DNA of 64,000 nt from Octopus sinensis (lineage: Eukaryota): the NCBI RefSeq assembly GCF_006345805.1, contig NC_043022.1:16678001-16742000 (forward strand), written 5' to 3'. This document shows positions 41,067 through 53,203 of the stretch, piece by piece. A program made the position numbers and the translations under genes. Every line of letters begins with the position of its first letter. The stretch's first letter is position 1. The notes under the pieces are model-generated. The model made no database searches. It saw nothing but the letters and a program-made list of their open reading frames with translations, and was not told the origin of the DNA.

Positions 41067-42099
41067 GGCCACTTGACTAATTTTTATTCAATCACAAACA
41101 TGCTTCAACTGTTGTCCCCTCTCTCTGTCTTTTCTGTTGCTTCTGAAACAATCTCTGTTCCTCATGGTTGGCTGGTCTTGTAGCCCCACCCCTGAGCTAC
41201 TTGTGATCCACTCGTCTCTCCATCTCTCATCCCTCTTGCTGCATCCAATCCCCTCCCAGCTCTACACTATTATTAAGGACTAACAGTCCTTTCTCCCCAC
41301 ATCACCCCCCTGGAACTCTCTCTCTCTCTCTCTCTTTGCTCATGTCTTTCCTGCAAGTGTTGACCCACAACAGTTTAACAGAAAATTCACAACATCAAAC
41401 ACACCCCTAGCCACAAAGAGCCTACAAAGTCTTGAGTAATTGCCCCTTCCTCCAGACCAAAAAAGCAAAACAAAGCAAAAAGGAAAACCTGTTTCTTTAA
41501 AGTTTGTATTTGAGGTCCTCATATTTCTGCTGTCTTTCATTCTGTGCCTCGCCACTCTTCTATCAAACAGGCAAACATCAACTAAATAGCACTCACTTTC
41601 CTTTTTACTAAGTACGATTATTATTATTATTATTATTATTTTTATTTTTATTATTATTATTATTATTATCATTATTATTATTATTGTGTGTGTGTGTGTT
41701 TTAATCATTAAAGTGCTATGCAATCAACAAGATGAGACGTACCTTAGAATTTTATAGCTTTTCAATTCCCATGTGTATAATTAAGCCATACTTTGACTTA
41801 TTTTTACTTCACAATATCTGTAGAAAGATAGAATATTTATGCTGACTTTCATGTTTTTAGAGTTATTATTTTTATTATTATTATTATTATTATTTTCATT
41901 TTCATTATTATTTTGAAAAGTCGGTAATTCTACTTTTGATATCTGTGTTGATCAAAGTTTATTTTTCGTAGATTATTAATTTTCATACCTGTAGATGTCT
42001 GTTGACTTCAGAACATACGGAATTCAAATATCATCATCATCATCATCAATATACATACATACATACATACATATTTTCATATTTATATTTATGAGGGAA

Positions 42100-42677
42100 G
42101 AGTCAGTGGAGAATCAGGCCTTGTGTCTTTTGTAGAAAGGATTATTATTATTATTACTACTATTACTACTATTTTTATTATTATTATTATTATCATTATT
42201 ATTATTATTAAGGTGGTGTGCTGGCAGAATCGTTAGCACACCCTGCTTTACATTCTGGGTTCAAATACTGCAGAGGTCAACTTGCCCAACAATTTCAGGC
42301 CTTGTGCCTAGAGTTGAAAATATTATTATTATTATTAGTAGTAGTAGTAGTAGCAGTAGTAGTAGTAGTAGTAGTAGTAAGGTGGCAAGCTGGCAAAATT
42401 GTTAGCACACTGGACGAAATGCTTAGCGGTATTTCATTCATCGCTGCATTCTGAGTTCAAACTCCACCGAGGTCAACTTTGCTTTTCATCCTTTCAGGGT
42501 CGATAAATTAAGTACCCGTTATGTACTGGGGTTGATCTGACCGATTGGCCCCTCCCCTAAATTTCAGGCCTTGTGCCTATAGTAGAAAGGATTATTATTA
42601 TTATTATTATTATCCTCTTCTTTCAATTTTGTTTCCATTTCTTGCTGAGTGTCTTCCTGACACCTAGGGAAATATCC

Positions 42678-42721
<44 letters not shown>

Positions 42722-42962
42722 TGGTAAGATAAAAAGTGTCAAGCTAGCTGAATTGTTGGAGCTTTGTAAAAAATGCTTTTGCTGTATTTGTATCAGACCT
42801 TGATGTTCTGAGTTCAAAACCTGCTGAGATTGGCTTTGCTTTTCATCCTTTGGGGTGAGGGTTGCAGTCGATAAAACAAAGTGCCAGTCAAGGACTCACA
42901 TTGATGCAATCAACTTACCCCTCCCCTTGAAACTACTGGCCGTGTATCTAAGTCAGAAACGA
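42100..42962 (+). mobile_element. Head-to-tail cluster of family C (Nin/Deu-domain-like) SINEs separated by (ATT)n/(AGT)n
   Basis: Units start aaggtggc..gctggcagaatcgttagca, contain ggtcaactttgcttttcatcctttcagggtcgataaattaagtacc and end ggccttgtgcctatagtagaaaggattattatt. At least 4 complete or partial units. Confidence 0.8.
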
Positions 42963-43531
42963 TTATTATTACTGTTATTAAGGTCTGATAACCTTCATTA
43001 CAGAAACAGCCAGTTTGCTTTTATTGTTGATGATGATGATGATAGTTCTCCAATGAGAAAATATCATAGTATAGGTTTCATCCCCAGATCAAAACTGCCA
43101 TAACAACCAAACGATCTTTGCCTCTTCCTTTACCCCCCCCTCTTCTCCTCTCCTCCCACCTCTCTCTCTCCCTCTCTCTCTCTCTCTTACACCTACCATT
43201 GTCTCTTAAATCTAATCAAAATGACTAACAGGAAATTTGAGCTCTAGTGATGGAACTGGCTTCAATACAGACCAACTTTGTTTTAGCAACATGTGTGTGT
43301 GTGTGTGTATTTATACACACACATGCACACACACACACATATATATATATATGCCTACATATGTGTATATATATATATATACATACATATATATATGTAT
43401 GTATATATACATATATACACATATATATATATACATACATATATATATATGTGTGTGTGTGTGTGTAAAACATCCACGTTTAAGTGGGGATATTACCTCT
43501 CTGTGTGTCTATGTATGTATGTATGTATACA

Positions 43532-43566
<35 letters not shown>

Positions 43567-44748
43567 TTTGTTTCTTGAGCCAATAAATAAAAAATGATAA
43601 AGAAGGAAAAAGGAAAACCAATAAACACAATAAGACAATAAGAAAAAAGAAAAAGAAAAAAGAAAGCCTGGTCTTTGCCCCTAAAAGACAGATCAGACAG
43701 ATATTGTCTGTTGTGAGTGTAAAACTTACAGAAATTGTAAAAGAAGTTTTAATAAATTCAACGAAGAGGATGGAATCAACTTAACAAGTCTGGAATAGAA
43801 AAGAAGAATGAAAAATGATCGAAGTGAGATATGATTAGATTTAGTATTTTTAACGATTTAGTTATTGCCTTTCCTTTTGGTATTCCTGTCAGTCTAATTT
43901 GCAATTTGGAGATATTTTACCAAGTTTAATATCCTTTCAGTCCCAGAAGCATTATGATAGAAAATGTCCACCTTTTTTTTAATATTTGGTGATGCTGTGA
44001 CAACAAGCGAGAAAGTCTGTATGTGTGAGCTGAGTCCCAACCAAATACATTTCAAAATAAACAAAGAAATGAGAGGAAAAAAAATATAGATTTGATTTGA
44101 TTTTTATGTGTCAAATCACTGTCCAAAACATACAATACAAATGCATTTTTTTGAAAAAGAATATTAATGCAATTTTTTAAAATCTTAAAACGTTTTTTTT
44201 TTCTTTTGCTTTTTAATAGCTTTTTAAACTTTGTTTTGTTTCTGTTGCTTTGCCATTTATGGAAGTGAAATAAAATATGATTAAAGTTAATTTGATGCAA
44301 AACAGCCAAGATTAGAAAGTTAATCCTGAAAAATGTTTGAATATCCCAAATATTGGCCTGCAGTGTTCTAATTTATCTTGATTTATGAATCAGTGGTGTG
44401 TCATTCCTTCAACTGTAAAACATTCATATGTCAACACTTTCCATAAATATTTCTATGACCATCACACCTTTTCTGGAGAATTTTAAAGATTTGTAACTTT
44501 CCCAAGGGCCACTCAAATGAAAAAAAAAATATTCATTCTTGCAAAATTAAACCAACCAACATTAGGATTTTTTGTTTTTAATACTCCTTTTCCTGTCCAT
44601 TTCTCCATGTTTGCATGGGTTGGACTGAGTTTTGTTGTGGTGGATTTTCTCTAGCTGGATGCCCTTCCTGTCACCAACCATCACTTGTTTCCAGGCAAGG
44701 CAATATGCCCCCTCCCCCTATGGCCAGACATGTTTTTCATGGAAGGTA

Positions 44749-45065
44749 CATCATCATCATCATCATTGTTTGACCGTGGTTGAGGCAATGGAATTTACCA
44801 TGCTACACCAGACTTCATGGTCCATCATGGCATTACGGAGGTCCTGTTGCTGGATGCCTGTATCCCTGGAGATTACATCAGGGTAGGAGAGTGTGGGCCC
44901 TCTGGCATTGCGAGTAGATGGCTTCCAGAGGAGGAGAGTAGAAATTACCTCTTTCTCAGCTCTACAACAATGTCCAGCAAACTGGACTCTCCTACCTTTC
45001 ACAAGAGATGACACAGGTGGTAGTTTCCCATATATTTGCATTTTGGTTGGATGACGCTTCCACGA
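44749..45065 (-). mobile_element. 5'-truncated RTE LINE, same family as 28841-29096
   Basis: QIYGKLPPVSSLVKGRRVQFAGHCCRAEKEVISTLLLWKP..., nearly identical to the 28.8 kb copy; (CAT)n tail on +. Confidence 0.88.
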
Positions 45066-45129
45066 GAGATTTTCCTCTTGGAATCACATGATGTCTAGGC
45101 AAGAAGACAGTAATACACACACACATATG

Positions 45130-45320
45130 CTGTTTTTAAACAAGAATCTTGTTGACAGTAACATTGAAGTTCCAGCCAGCTAAGCCATTGTCGAACTGGC
45201 CAAAACTTCGAAGTCACTATCGATGCTATTCTTATTTAAGAATAATAAATTTGTACTCCACAAAAGTATGGACTAACCCCATTGTTTTTGTTATAACTGA
45301 ACATAAAAACAAACATTGAT
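45130..45320 (+). mobile_element. Fold-back Penelope-like fragment, same family as 16241-16400
   Basis: aactggccaaaacttcgaagtcactat..aagaataataaatttgt..aactgaacataaaa..cattgata matches the 16.3 kb minus strand; 45130-45192 is a decayed inverted copy. Confidence 0.62.
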
Positions 45321-45781
45321 ACACACACACACACACAGACACACACACACACACAATGGGCTTCTTTTAGTTTCTGTCTACCAAGTGCATTCACAAGGCT
45401 TCAGATGGTCTGGGCCTGTAGCAGAAGACATTTGTCCGAGGTGCCACGTAGTGTGACTGAACCCAGATCTACATGTGATCAGGAGGCAGACTTCTAACCA
45501 CCAAACAAAAAGACAATTTTTAGAGAGGAGTTTACTCTCTCTAACAGAAGTCTTTATTTCTCTAAAATCTGTCCCCACCCCCCACCAACCTCCATCTGTC
45601 CTACAAAACGTGTTATCTTTCTGTTTCGTATCTTTCCAATGAAGATGCAACCATTTTTCTAATCAAGCTTGTTTCCTGCATCTCTCACCTCCAATTTGTT
45701 GTTTTCTTTATTAACTAATCAGAGAAACAGGTGACTTAACTACTGTTCTTTCTATGTTGGATGTCATTTTTATGTATGTTC

Positions 45782-45812
<31 letters not shown>

Positions 45813-47356
45813 CTATCTTATATGCATATATACAAGTATACACATGCACAGCACATGCACATACTAGCAAATATACCTCTATACATATACACATATATAC
45901 ATACATATGCTAAAATATATATATATATATGCACAAACACACACATATATACAAGCACACACACATATATACATACACACAAACACATACACTCACACAC
46001 ACATGCTTACACACAAACACACACATATATTACTGTTTGAAATGTTTTGTTGAATATTTTGATTTGATGAAATACGGTTCTTATGAAAATTGATTCCATT
46101 TCAACTTGGCTCTAGACTTGCTGTATTCTTCTCATTTCACCCGACTCACTCACCATTGCCGCTATCACCACCACCACCACCACCACCATCACCACTACCA
46201 CCACTGCCACCACCACCACCACCACCACTAGTTCTTTATCTAAGCATGCTACATCTCCTTCATATTGTTGTCAACACATTATTATTCTTCCTCACCTCAC
46301 CCACTTGACTCTTACCAATTCTTCTTGAAAATGGCTTATGAAATGCTTCCGGCACCATCAGATCTCTGCTTCATTTCACCTCTTCTTCCTCCAACAACTA
46401 TCAATTCCGTGCAACACCAAAAACCTTTATTTTACTCACCTCTAACTATTGTCTTCAGCATGGCACCCTAGGGAATCTTCGATGTTGTTCATTTTATTAT
46501 TATTATTATTTTTTTTTTTTGTAAACCATTTAATTTTCCACCTTTCCTTGCCGCCAACTCTGCTGGCAACGGATTTGCAACTTATGTCATCACTTGTATA
46601 CACCGATGCATATATACTAATATATAATATATAATATACAATATAGATATATATATATACTATATAGATCTCTATATGATTCGAAGAATTAGGATGTCTT
46701 AACTTGACAAAATGCAAGTTGCTGAGCAAACAAATTGTGTGTTTTTGTTCATGCACCTCTATGTTGTGTTCCCACAGAACATTGTTAACAGCCATTCCTT
46801 CACTCTTTCTTTTTTTTTTAAAGGAAAAGTTGCACGGACTTGTAAGTATCATTTAGAATTTATACTTCTTTGAAATTCACTGCAAACCTTAAGCAACGGT
46901 GTGCCCCCTTCTGACGGCGTCTCTGCTACAGAAACAGCTCTGAGACATTCCCAAAAGAATGTCGAGGCTTCTGTAGTGAGCGCGTTTCTTAACAGCAATT
47001 TCCAACCCTCACAACTGGTTGTTTGGTCAACATTCTCCACCGTTATATTAATATCACTTTTAAGAAACTTAATCTCACATTTCATTTACATTTCTTTACA
47101 TTCCCTTCAAAGTATATGTAGCTTTTATTATTATTATCATTATTATTATTATTATCATTATCGTCATCATTTTTATTATTATTTTTATTATTATTATTAT
47201 TATTATTACTATTATTATTATTATCATTATTATTATTTGTAGTCATCATAGTCCCAGTAGTAATAACTATTTGATTTATAAAGTACCTTCACTGCATCTG
47301 ACATGTATGAATAAATTGAATGACAAGGGAACAGGAATTGTGTAATCAACTTAATT

Positions 47357-47437
47357 AGCTTACAGCTGTTTCTGCTATTAGGAGCAGTGCACTCAGAGCT
47401 GAGGGCTTGTGCAACATCCTATAGCCTCCGCAGAGCC
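47357..47437 (-). ncRNA. Hammerhead ribozyme-like motif (type I, one core substitution)
   Basis: Minus strand: ggct CTGCGGA g gctatagga..tgcac..gtgca..tcctaatagc a GAAA cagctg TA agct. Stems I, II and a palindromic stem III can all form; the conserved A6 is changed to C. Confidence 0.55.
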
Positions 47438-47510
47438 TTTAAAAAGTAAGTGTATGTTTATTTTAGAAAGCGTTTAAATACATACATACATACATACATA
47501 CACATATATA

Positions 47511-47730
47511 TCATCATCATTGTTTAACGTCCGTTTTCCGCGCTAGCACGGGTTGGACGGTTTGACCGGGGTCTGGGAAGCCAGAGGCCTCTCCAGGCTC
47601 CAGTCTGATCTGGCAGAGTTTCTACGGCTGGGTGCCCTTCCTAACGCCAACAACTCCGCGAGTGGATTGGGTGCTTTTTACGTGCCACCTGCACAGGGGC
47701 CGGGGGGTCCGGCATCGGTCACGATCGGTT
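47511..47730 (-). mobile_element. Family D retroposon (CpG-rich, probably young)
   Basis: catcatcattgtttaacgtccgttttccgcgctagcacgggttggacgg...ttttacgtgccacctgcacagg. Confidence 0.78.
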
Positions 47731-47821
47731 CGAGCTTTTCTAGAGCTGAGTTGGGGGGGGGTCTAGCTGAGAAAGGTTCCACCAGTGGAAAGAGAGGGAG
47801 AGATAGTGGCGTGGTGCAGGT

Positions 47822-47873
<52 letters not shown>

Positions 47874-47879
47874 TATATA

Positions 47880-48072
47880 CTTTATTTAAAGCAGCAGAAA
47901 ATTCTACAAAACCTGTTACTCTGAGTTGCCGTTCATCGGACAGTTTTTGCGAAACTCAGAGTAACAGGTTTTGTAGAATTTTCTGCTGCTTTAAATAAAG
48001 CATATTACTCGACCACTGGTATTCGAGTACTCTTTTTTCCACCTCGTTTCACATTTAAGTGTTTACTCCGGT
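47880..48072 (+). mobile_element. Fold-back Penelope-like terminal fragment in (TA)n
   Basis: Perfect 48-bp inverted repeat 47880-47927 / 47953-48000; hammerhead parts at the junction; AATAAA; (TA)n on both sides. Confidence 0.7.
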
Positions 48073-48849
48073 ATATATATATATATAGATATATATATAT
48101 ATATATATATATAGATGTTGATATAGATATGCATATATACATATATATATATAAAGAAACAAGCAAGACTGGAGGGTTTGTTCAAAAACTACTTACCCAT
48201 AGCATTTTTACATGTGTTCCAGTGAAGATTGCAAAGAAGAATTGCAAAAGCTGAGCCCAATGTAATTTGTTGTATCTTCACGTCATCAGAACTGACTTCA
48301 GAATGTTTGTCTGAATATAAAGGAACACCTGAAGTGTTGAATATTGGTTATATTCTGGGCATCTCAACCCACACCACACAAATATATGGCAACAAGTTGG
48401 TGAAATTGTTACATGGATGGACAAAATTCTTACCAGCATTTTGTTTGTCTTTACATTCTGAGTTCAAATCCCACTGGGGTTGACTTTGCCTTTCATCATT
48501 TCAGGGTCAGTAAAACAAGTACCAGTTGAGCACTGGGGTCAACGTAATTGAGTTAGCTCCACCATCGAAATTGCTGGCCTTGTGCCAAAATTTGAAAGCA
48601 ATATTTGTATGTGCATATATGTACATTTATATGTGCATATACACACACATATACATACATGTACATGTGTGTGTGTGTGTGCATGAATGTATGAATAAAT
48701 GTATATGCATATATGTCTATGAATATATATATATGTGCATGTATATATATATATATATACATACATATATATACATACAAATATGTACTTATGTATGTAT
48801 ATATATATATATACATACATAAGTGCATATTTGTATGTATATATATGTA

Positions 48850-48883
<34 letters not shown>

Positions 48884-48962
48884 CATGCACATATATATAT
48901 ATTCATAGACATATATGCATATACATTTATTCCTACATTCATGCACACACACATGTACATAT

Positions 48963-49008
<46 letters not shown>

Positions 49009-49747
49009 ACACATATACATGCATGTGTTTATATATATATATATACACACATAAATATATATGTATGTATACATACATATGTGTAATCAGGATTATAGCT
49101 CTCCATTTGTCAAGCCAATAATTTCCCCTATCTCCCTGTCTATCCATCTGTGCGTCTATCTGTCATGTAGTTGTAAACATCAAAGAACTAACACTGAATT
49201 TCTCTCCATTGTCACAAACATTAATCAACATACATTTTCGAATTCTAATCCATTTCCCTTTCCTCCTCTTCTTGTTCTTCTTCTTCTTCATCCTCTTTAG
49301 AAATTCCATATTTAAAATTCTAAACATGATCCATTGCATCTAAGATAATGCGACCACACTCAAGAATCTGCCCTTCTTTTATGTCTGATATTGATTTTTA
49401 TTTTGAATTCTCATTCATCAACTTATATCTGAGACAGTTCAATATTATCCACCAGTTTTGAAAGGAACAATGGAAAGGAAAATACCACAAAAAGAATGTT
49501 TACTCAGCATTTGAATGGCCTTTCAAATATATCTTTCACAATTCTGTGAAAATTCTTGCATTCTTCTGTAAGATGACGAATACAACCCCAAATAGGAACC
49601 ATTACCAGCTAGATATAACAGCCAAGCTCCTTTTAAAATTACACTCTACTACTGAATGTTAAAAAAAAGTAATCTTAATCCACTTTCAACCTTTTTTTGG
49701 TTCCCCTTTAGACATGACCTGAGACAATGCTGGACAAAAGGTATATA

Positions 49748-49778
<31 letters not shown>

Positions 49779-50364
49779 TATATATATATATATATATCAT
49801 CTGTAAATCATAAATCTGAAAAAGAATGGCCATTAGGGTTTGAAGAGACTCCATAAAGCTAAGTGCTTTATGAAACCCAGGATAAGGCCATAGACCAGCC
49901 ATAATTATCTTTATCTAATTATATATGTATATATATATATATATATATATACACTATATATATATATCGCTGTATATAGTGACTTAATTGGTGAAATACT
50001 CTATAGTGTCGGGATATTATTGTTACCTAGAAACAAAGTGTATCACCACCATCAACATCATCATCATCATCATTCCAATCTCGTCATGACCGTTACTCTC
50101 AAATCTCATCCTCCACCTAAGGACACTCTCTGTCCGTTGAACTGAAAGTATTTGATAAGTCATTGATTCAGCATAGTTTTGATTTACAAGTGATATCATG
50201 TCCAAATTCTGCTGGGGCCAAATTTATCTTTGTTCTTTCAGGGCCGGTGAAGTAAGTACCAGTCAAGAACTGGGGATTGATGAAATCAACTAGTCCCTTT
50301 CCCCAAAATTCCAAGCATTGAGCCTATAGTAGAAAGAATCATTAATATTATTATTATTATTATT

Positions 50365-50922
50365 GAGTGAGAGAGCAGTGCATGCCATCAAAGTGACACT
50401 GGGGTACAAATATATGAAGCCCAATATACCCATCATGACTACCCGTCTGATAAGAGTACACTAGGCACACGCATCACAACCATATGTGCGCGACATGATG
50501 ATCTCATATCAAGATAAACAGCGCATGACCTTGCAGGTGGGGCCCAGTTAGAATTTTCTTCAGGTCGTGTAGCCCATCCCGCTCAAAAGGTCTCTGAATA
50601 AGGCTTGTTTAAGGATGTTGAACGAAACACCCATGTTTCCAGAGGTGAATTATTCAAACCCCAAAGAATTCCTCTCAACACATGGCTATGATGCTCCCCC
50701 ACTACTTCTGCTCATGATCAGAGATGCACATATTGTCAGCCACTAAGGGACATGCTCAACTGGTTAAGGTCAAACAACTGACAAGCAAATCTGTGGTATT
50801 GAGCAGAATATTTGCTGTAGCCCATCTTTTATACCAAGACGAAACAATGTACATGATAACACTTCCAATCAGTTTAAGACAAGAAGCCATGAGAGCCACT
50901 GCCTGGTACTGCATCAGGGCAT
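50365..50922. mobile_element. Unclassified ~560-bp insertion within an (ATT)n tract between two family C SINEs
   Basis: More GC-rich block bounded on both sides by (ATT)n; no recognisable ORF. Confidence 0.45.
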
Positions 50923-50924
50923 TT

Positions 50925-50955
<31 letters not shown>

Positions 50956-50980
50956 TTATTATTATTAGAAAGTACAAATA

Positions 50981-51200
50981 AGGTGGTGAGCTGGCAGAGT
51001 CGTTAGCATGCTGGGAAAAATGGTTGGCAGTGTTTCGTCTGCCGCTACATTCTCGGTTCAATTTCTGCTGAAGTCGACTTTGCCTTTCATCCTTTTGGGG
51101 TCGATAAATCAAGTAACAGTTGAGTACTGGGGTCAGTGTAATTGACTGTCCCCCTCCCCACAAAATCCAGGCCTTGTACCTATGGCAGAAAGGGTTATTA
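50981..51200 (+). mobile_element. Family C (Nin/Deu-like) SINE
   Basis: Full head plus gtcgactttgcctttcatccttttggggtcgataaa. The repeat ttattagaaagtacaa at both ends is a candidate TSD. Confidence 0.8.
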
Positions 51201-52419
51201 GAAAGTACAATAACCCACTGGTACCTGTTTTATTAAGCCTCTGTAACAAACCAGACCCTAAAGTTTTATCTATGATATTTTTATCATCATTGTAAAACGA
51301 TATCAACCATTATAAGCACAAGTCTGATGCAGAAAAGAAATCAGATCCACGTCTATAATACCTACTAACTTAGCAATTAATTAATTCATAATTAGTATAA
51401 TTAAGCTATTCGTGATGCAGGTAGAAACTACTGTTGTATGGTGATGAATCCTTTCATTTACATTACTAATGTCATTAGAAAATGCATTAATGTCACAACA
51501 TCACATTAGCCTTGTTTACAAATCGAAGCTTCGATGCTTCCCTAAGACATAATTGCTGGTATCACTGTTAGAACTGGAACCCTAATTCATTCTGCATTCT
51601 TGTCTTATCAACTTGTCTAATGTTCAAACTCATTACTGAACGATGCTAAAAGTCTAATTGTCATGCAATATCCAAAATTATGCATTATATTCCTCTCTAA
51701 CCTCGTGGATATCTGATATCACAGAATTCTGGCAATATTACATTTCAACTCATTGTAATGACATATTACTGAGACACCAGCACATAACTAACTGTACAAT
51801 CATTGCTTTTTGATATTTCTTGATTCCTGCCATGTAACATCAAGTCTATCTCCATGTAACATTAGCCTCTATCCATGTAACATTAGTCTGTATTCTTGTA
51901 ATATTATTAAAATATTCCTCTCTGATGTATTCATATAATCAATGCATGAAGTCATTATGCCATCATTAAATAGGATTTCACTCTCGTTTGTATCTTTGTG
52001 CTTCTTCTAGTATTATCACTTCATGGCTATGCATTAACATCTCTGTATTCTGTTGTATTATTAGCTCTACTACAATTTTTCTGTTGGTTACATTGAATCG
52101 AGAATACATTTGCATAAATTATGCAAATATATTCAATACCAATTATACAAATATGTTTCTATTTTTGCAATTTACTCTGAGAGTATCTGGTATTTATATG
52201 GGTTTTATTTACAAAACTTCCCACGCATCGCATTGGAGACAGTTTAAAGGTAATATGGTTACTGATATGTTTAAACTACCAAACGTCAATATTTGCAGGT
52301 AAAAACCATCAAGGTGAGTAATAGATGAATTTTGTTCTGCAAAGAAGGGATTGGACAAGGTGCTGGATGCAGGGTCTAGAAGTCTAATTCAACAGGATAG
52401 AGAGGAGAAGGTGAAGTGG

Positions 52420-52720
52420 ATGACTAGCTCCCCACTACATCCACGACTCACTAAATTGATGGCCTTTATTGCATCAGTGGCCCCCATTAAGTCTATGGCC
52501 CTCCCTAAGTCTTATGGCCTTCACTACATTAATAGCCCTAACTGGGTCCATGGCCCTCACTAAATCTTTGGCTCTCATTAAGTCTGTGGTCCTCACTATT
52601 TTGCTGACTCCCACCTAGACTTCAGTAAGTCTTCCTAAGTTACAACTTTCATAGCCCTCACTATATCCGAATCCTCTCACTAAATCCGAATCCTCTCACT
52701 AAATCCTTTAGCCCTTACTA
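52420..52720. repeat. Degenerate ~18-bp minisatellite
   Basis: Repeats of the type tggccctcactaaatct / aatcctctcactaaatccg. Confidence 0.7.
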
Positions 52721-53158
52721 TACAACAAGGGCCAAATCCCTTATCAGTTGTTGCACTCAGAACCAGCAGAGTGCAGAATGTTACCAACAAGCATCTCTGT
52801 AGTGACCTTCTCCAGCTGACCCACAGGATGAGGATCACTACATGCTTACCACTGTCTGGAGCACTTAGGATCACCTGTCACTGGAGTCCTTATCAAGGAA
52901 CAAAACCATGGGGAAATGAATCATGATGGGGGAGTGGGGTCCTTTCAAAACTGTGATGAAGACCCTGATTGGGGAAAGTAATCATGCATTTGGTGATAGA
53001 CATAAATCAGGACATTTGTACTGGAAGGAAATACGTTTGTAGGGGAAAGAATTGCATGGTGCACTTGTCATAGTGTGTGATGCAAATGCAAGAGGAAGGA
53101 GGAAAAGAAAATGCTAGGAGTGAAGGGAAGAGGTTTAAAACTGTAAGCATTATGGAGG

Positions 53159-53203
<45 letters not shown>

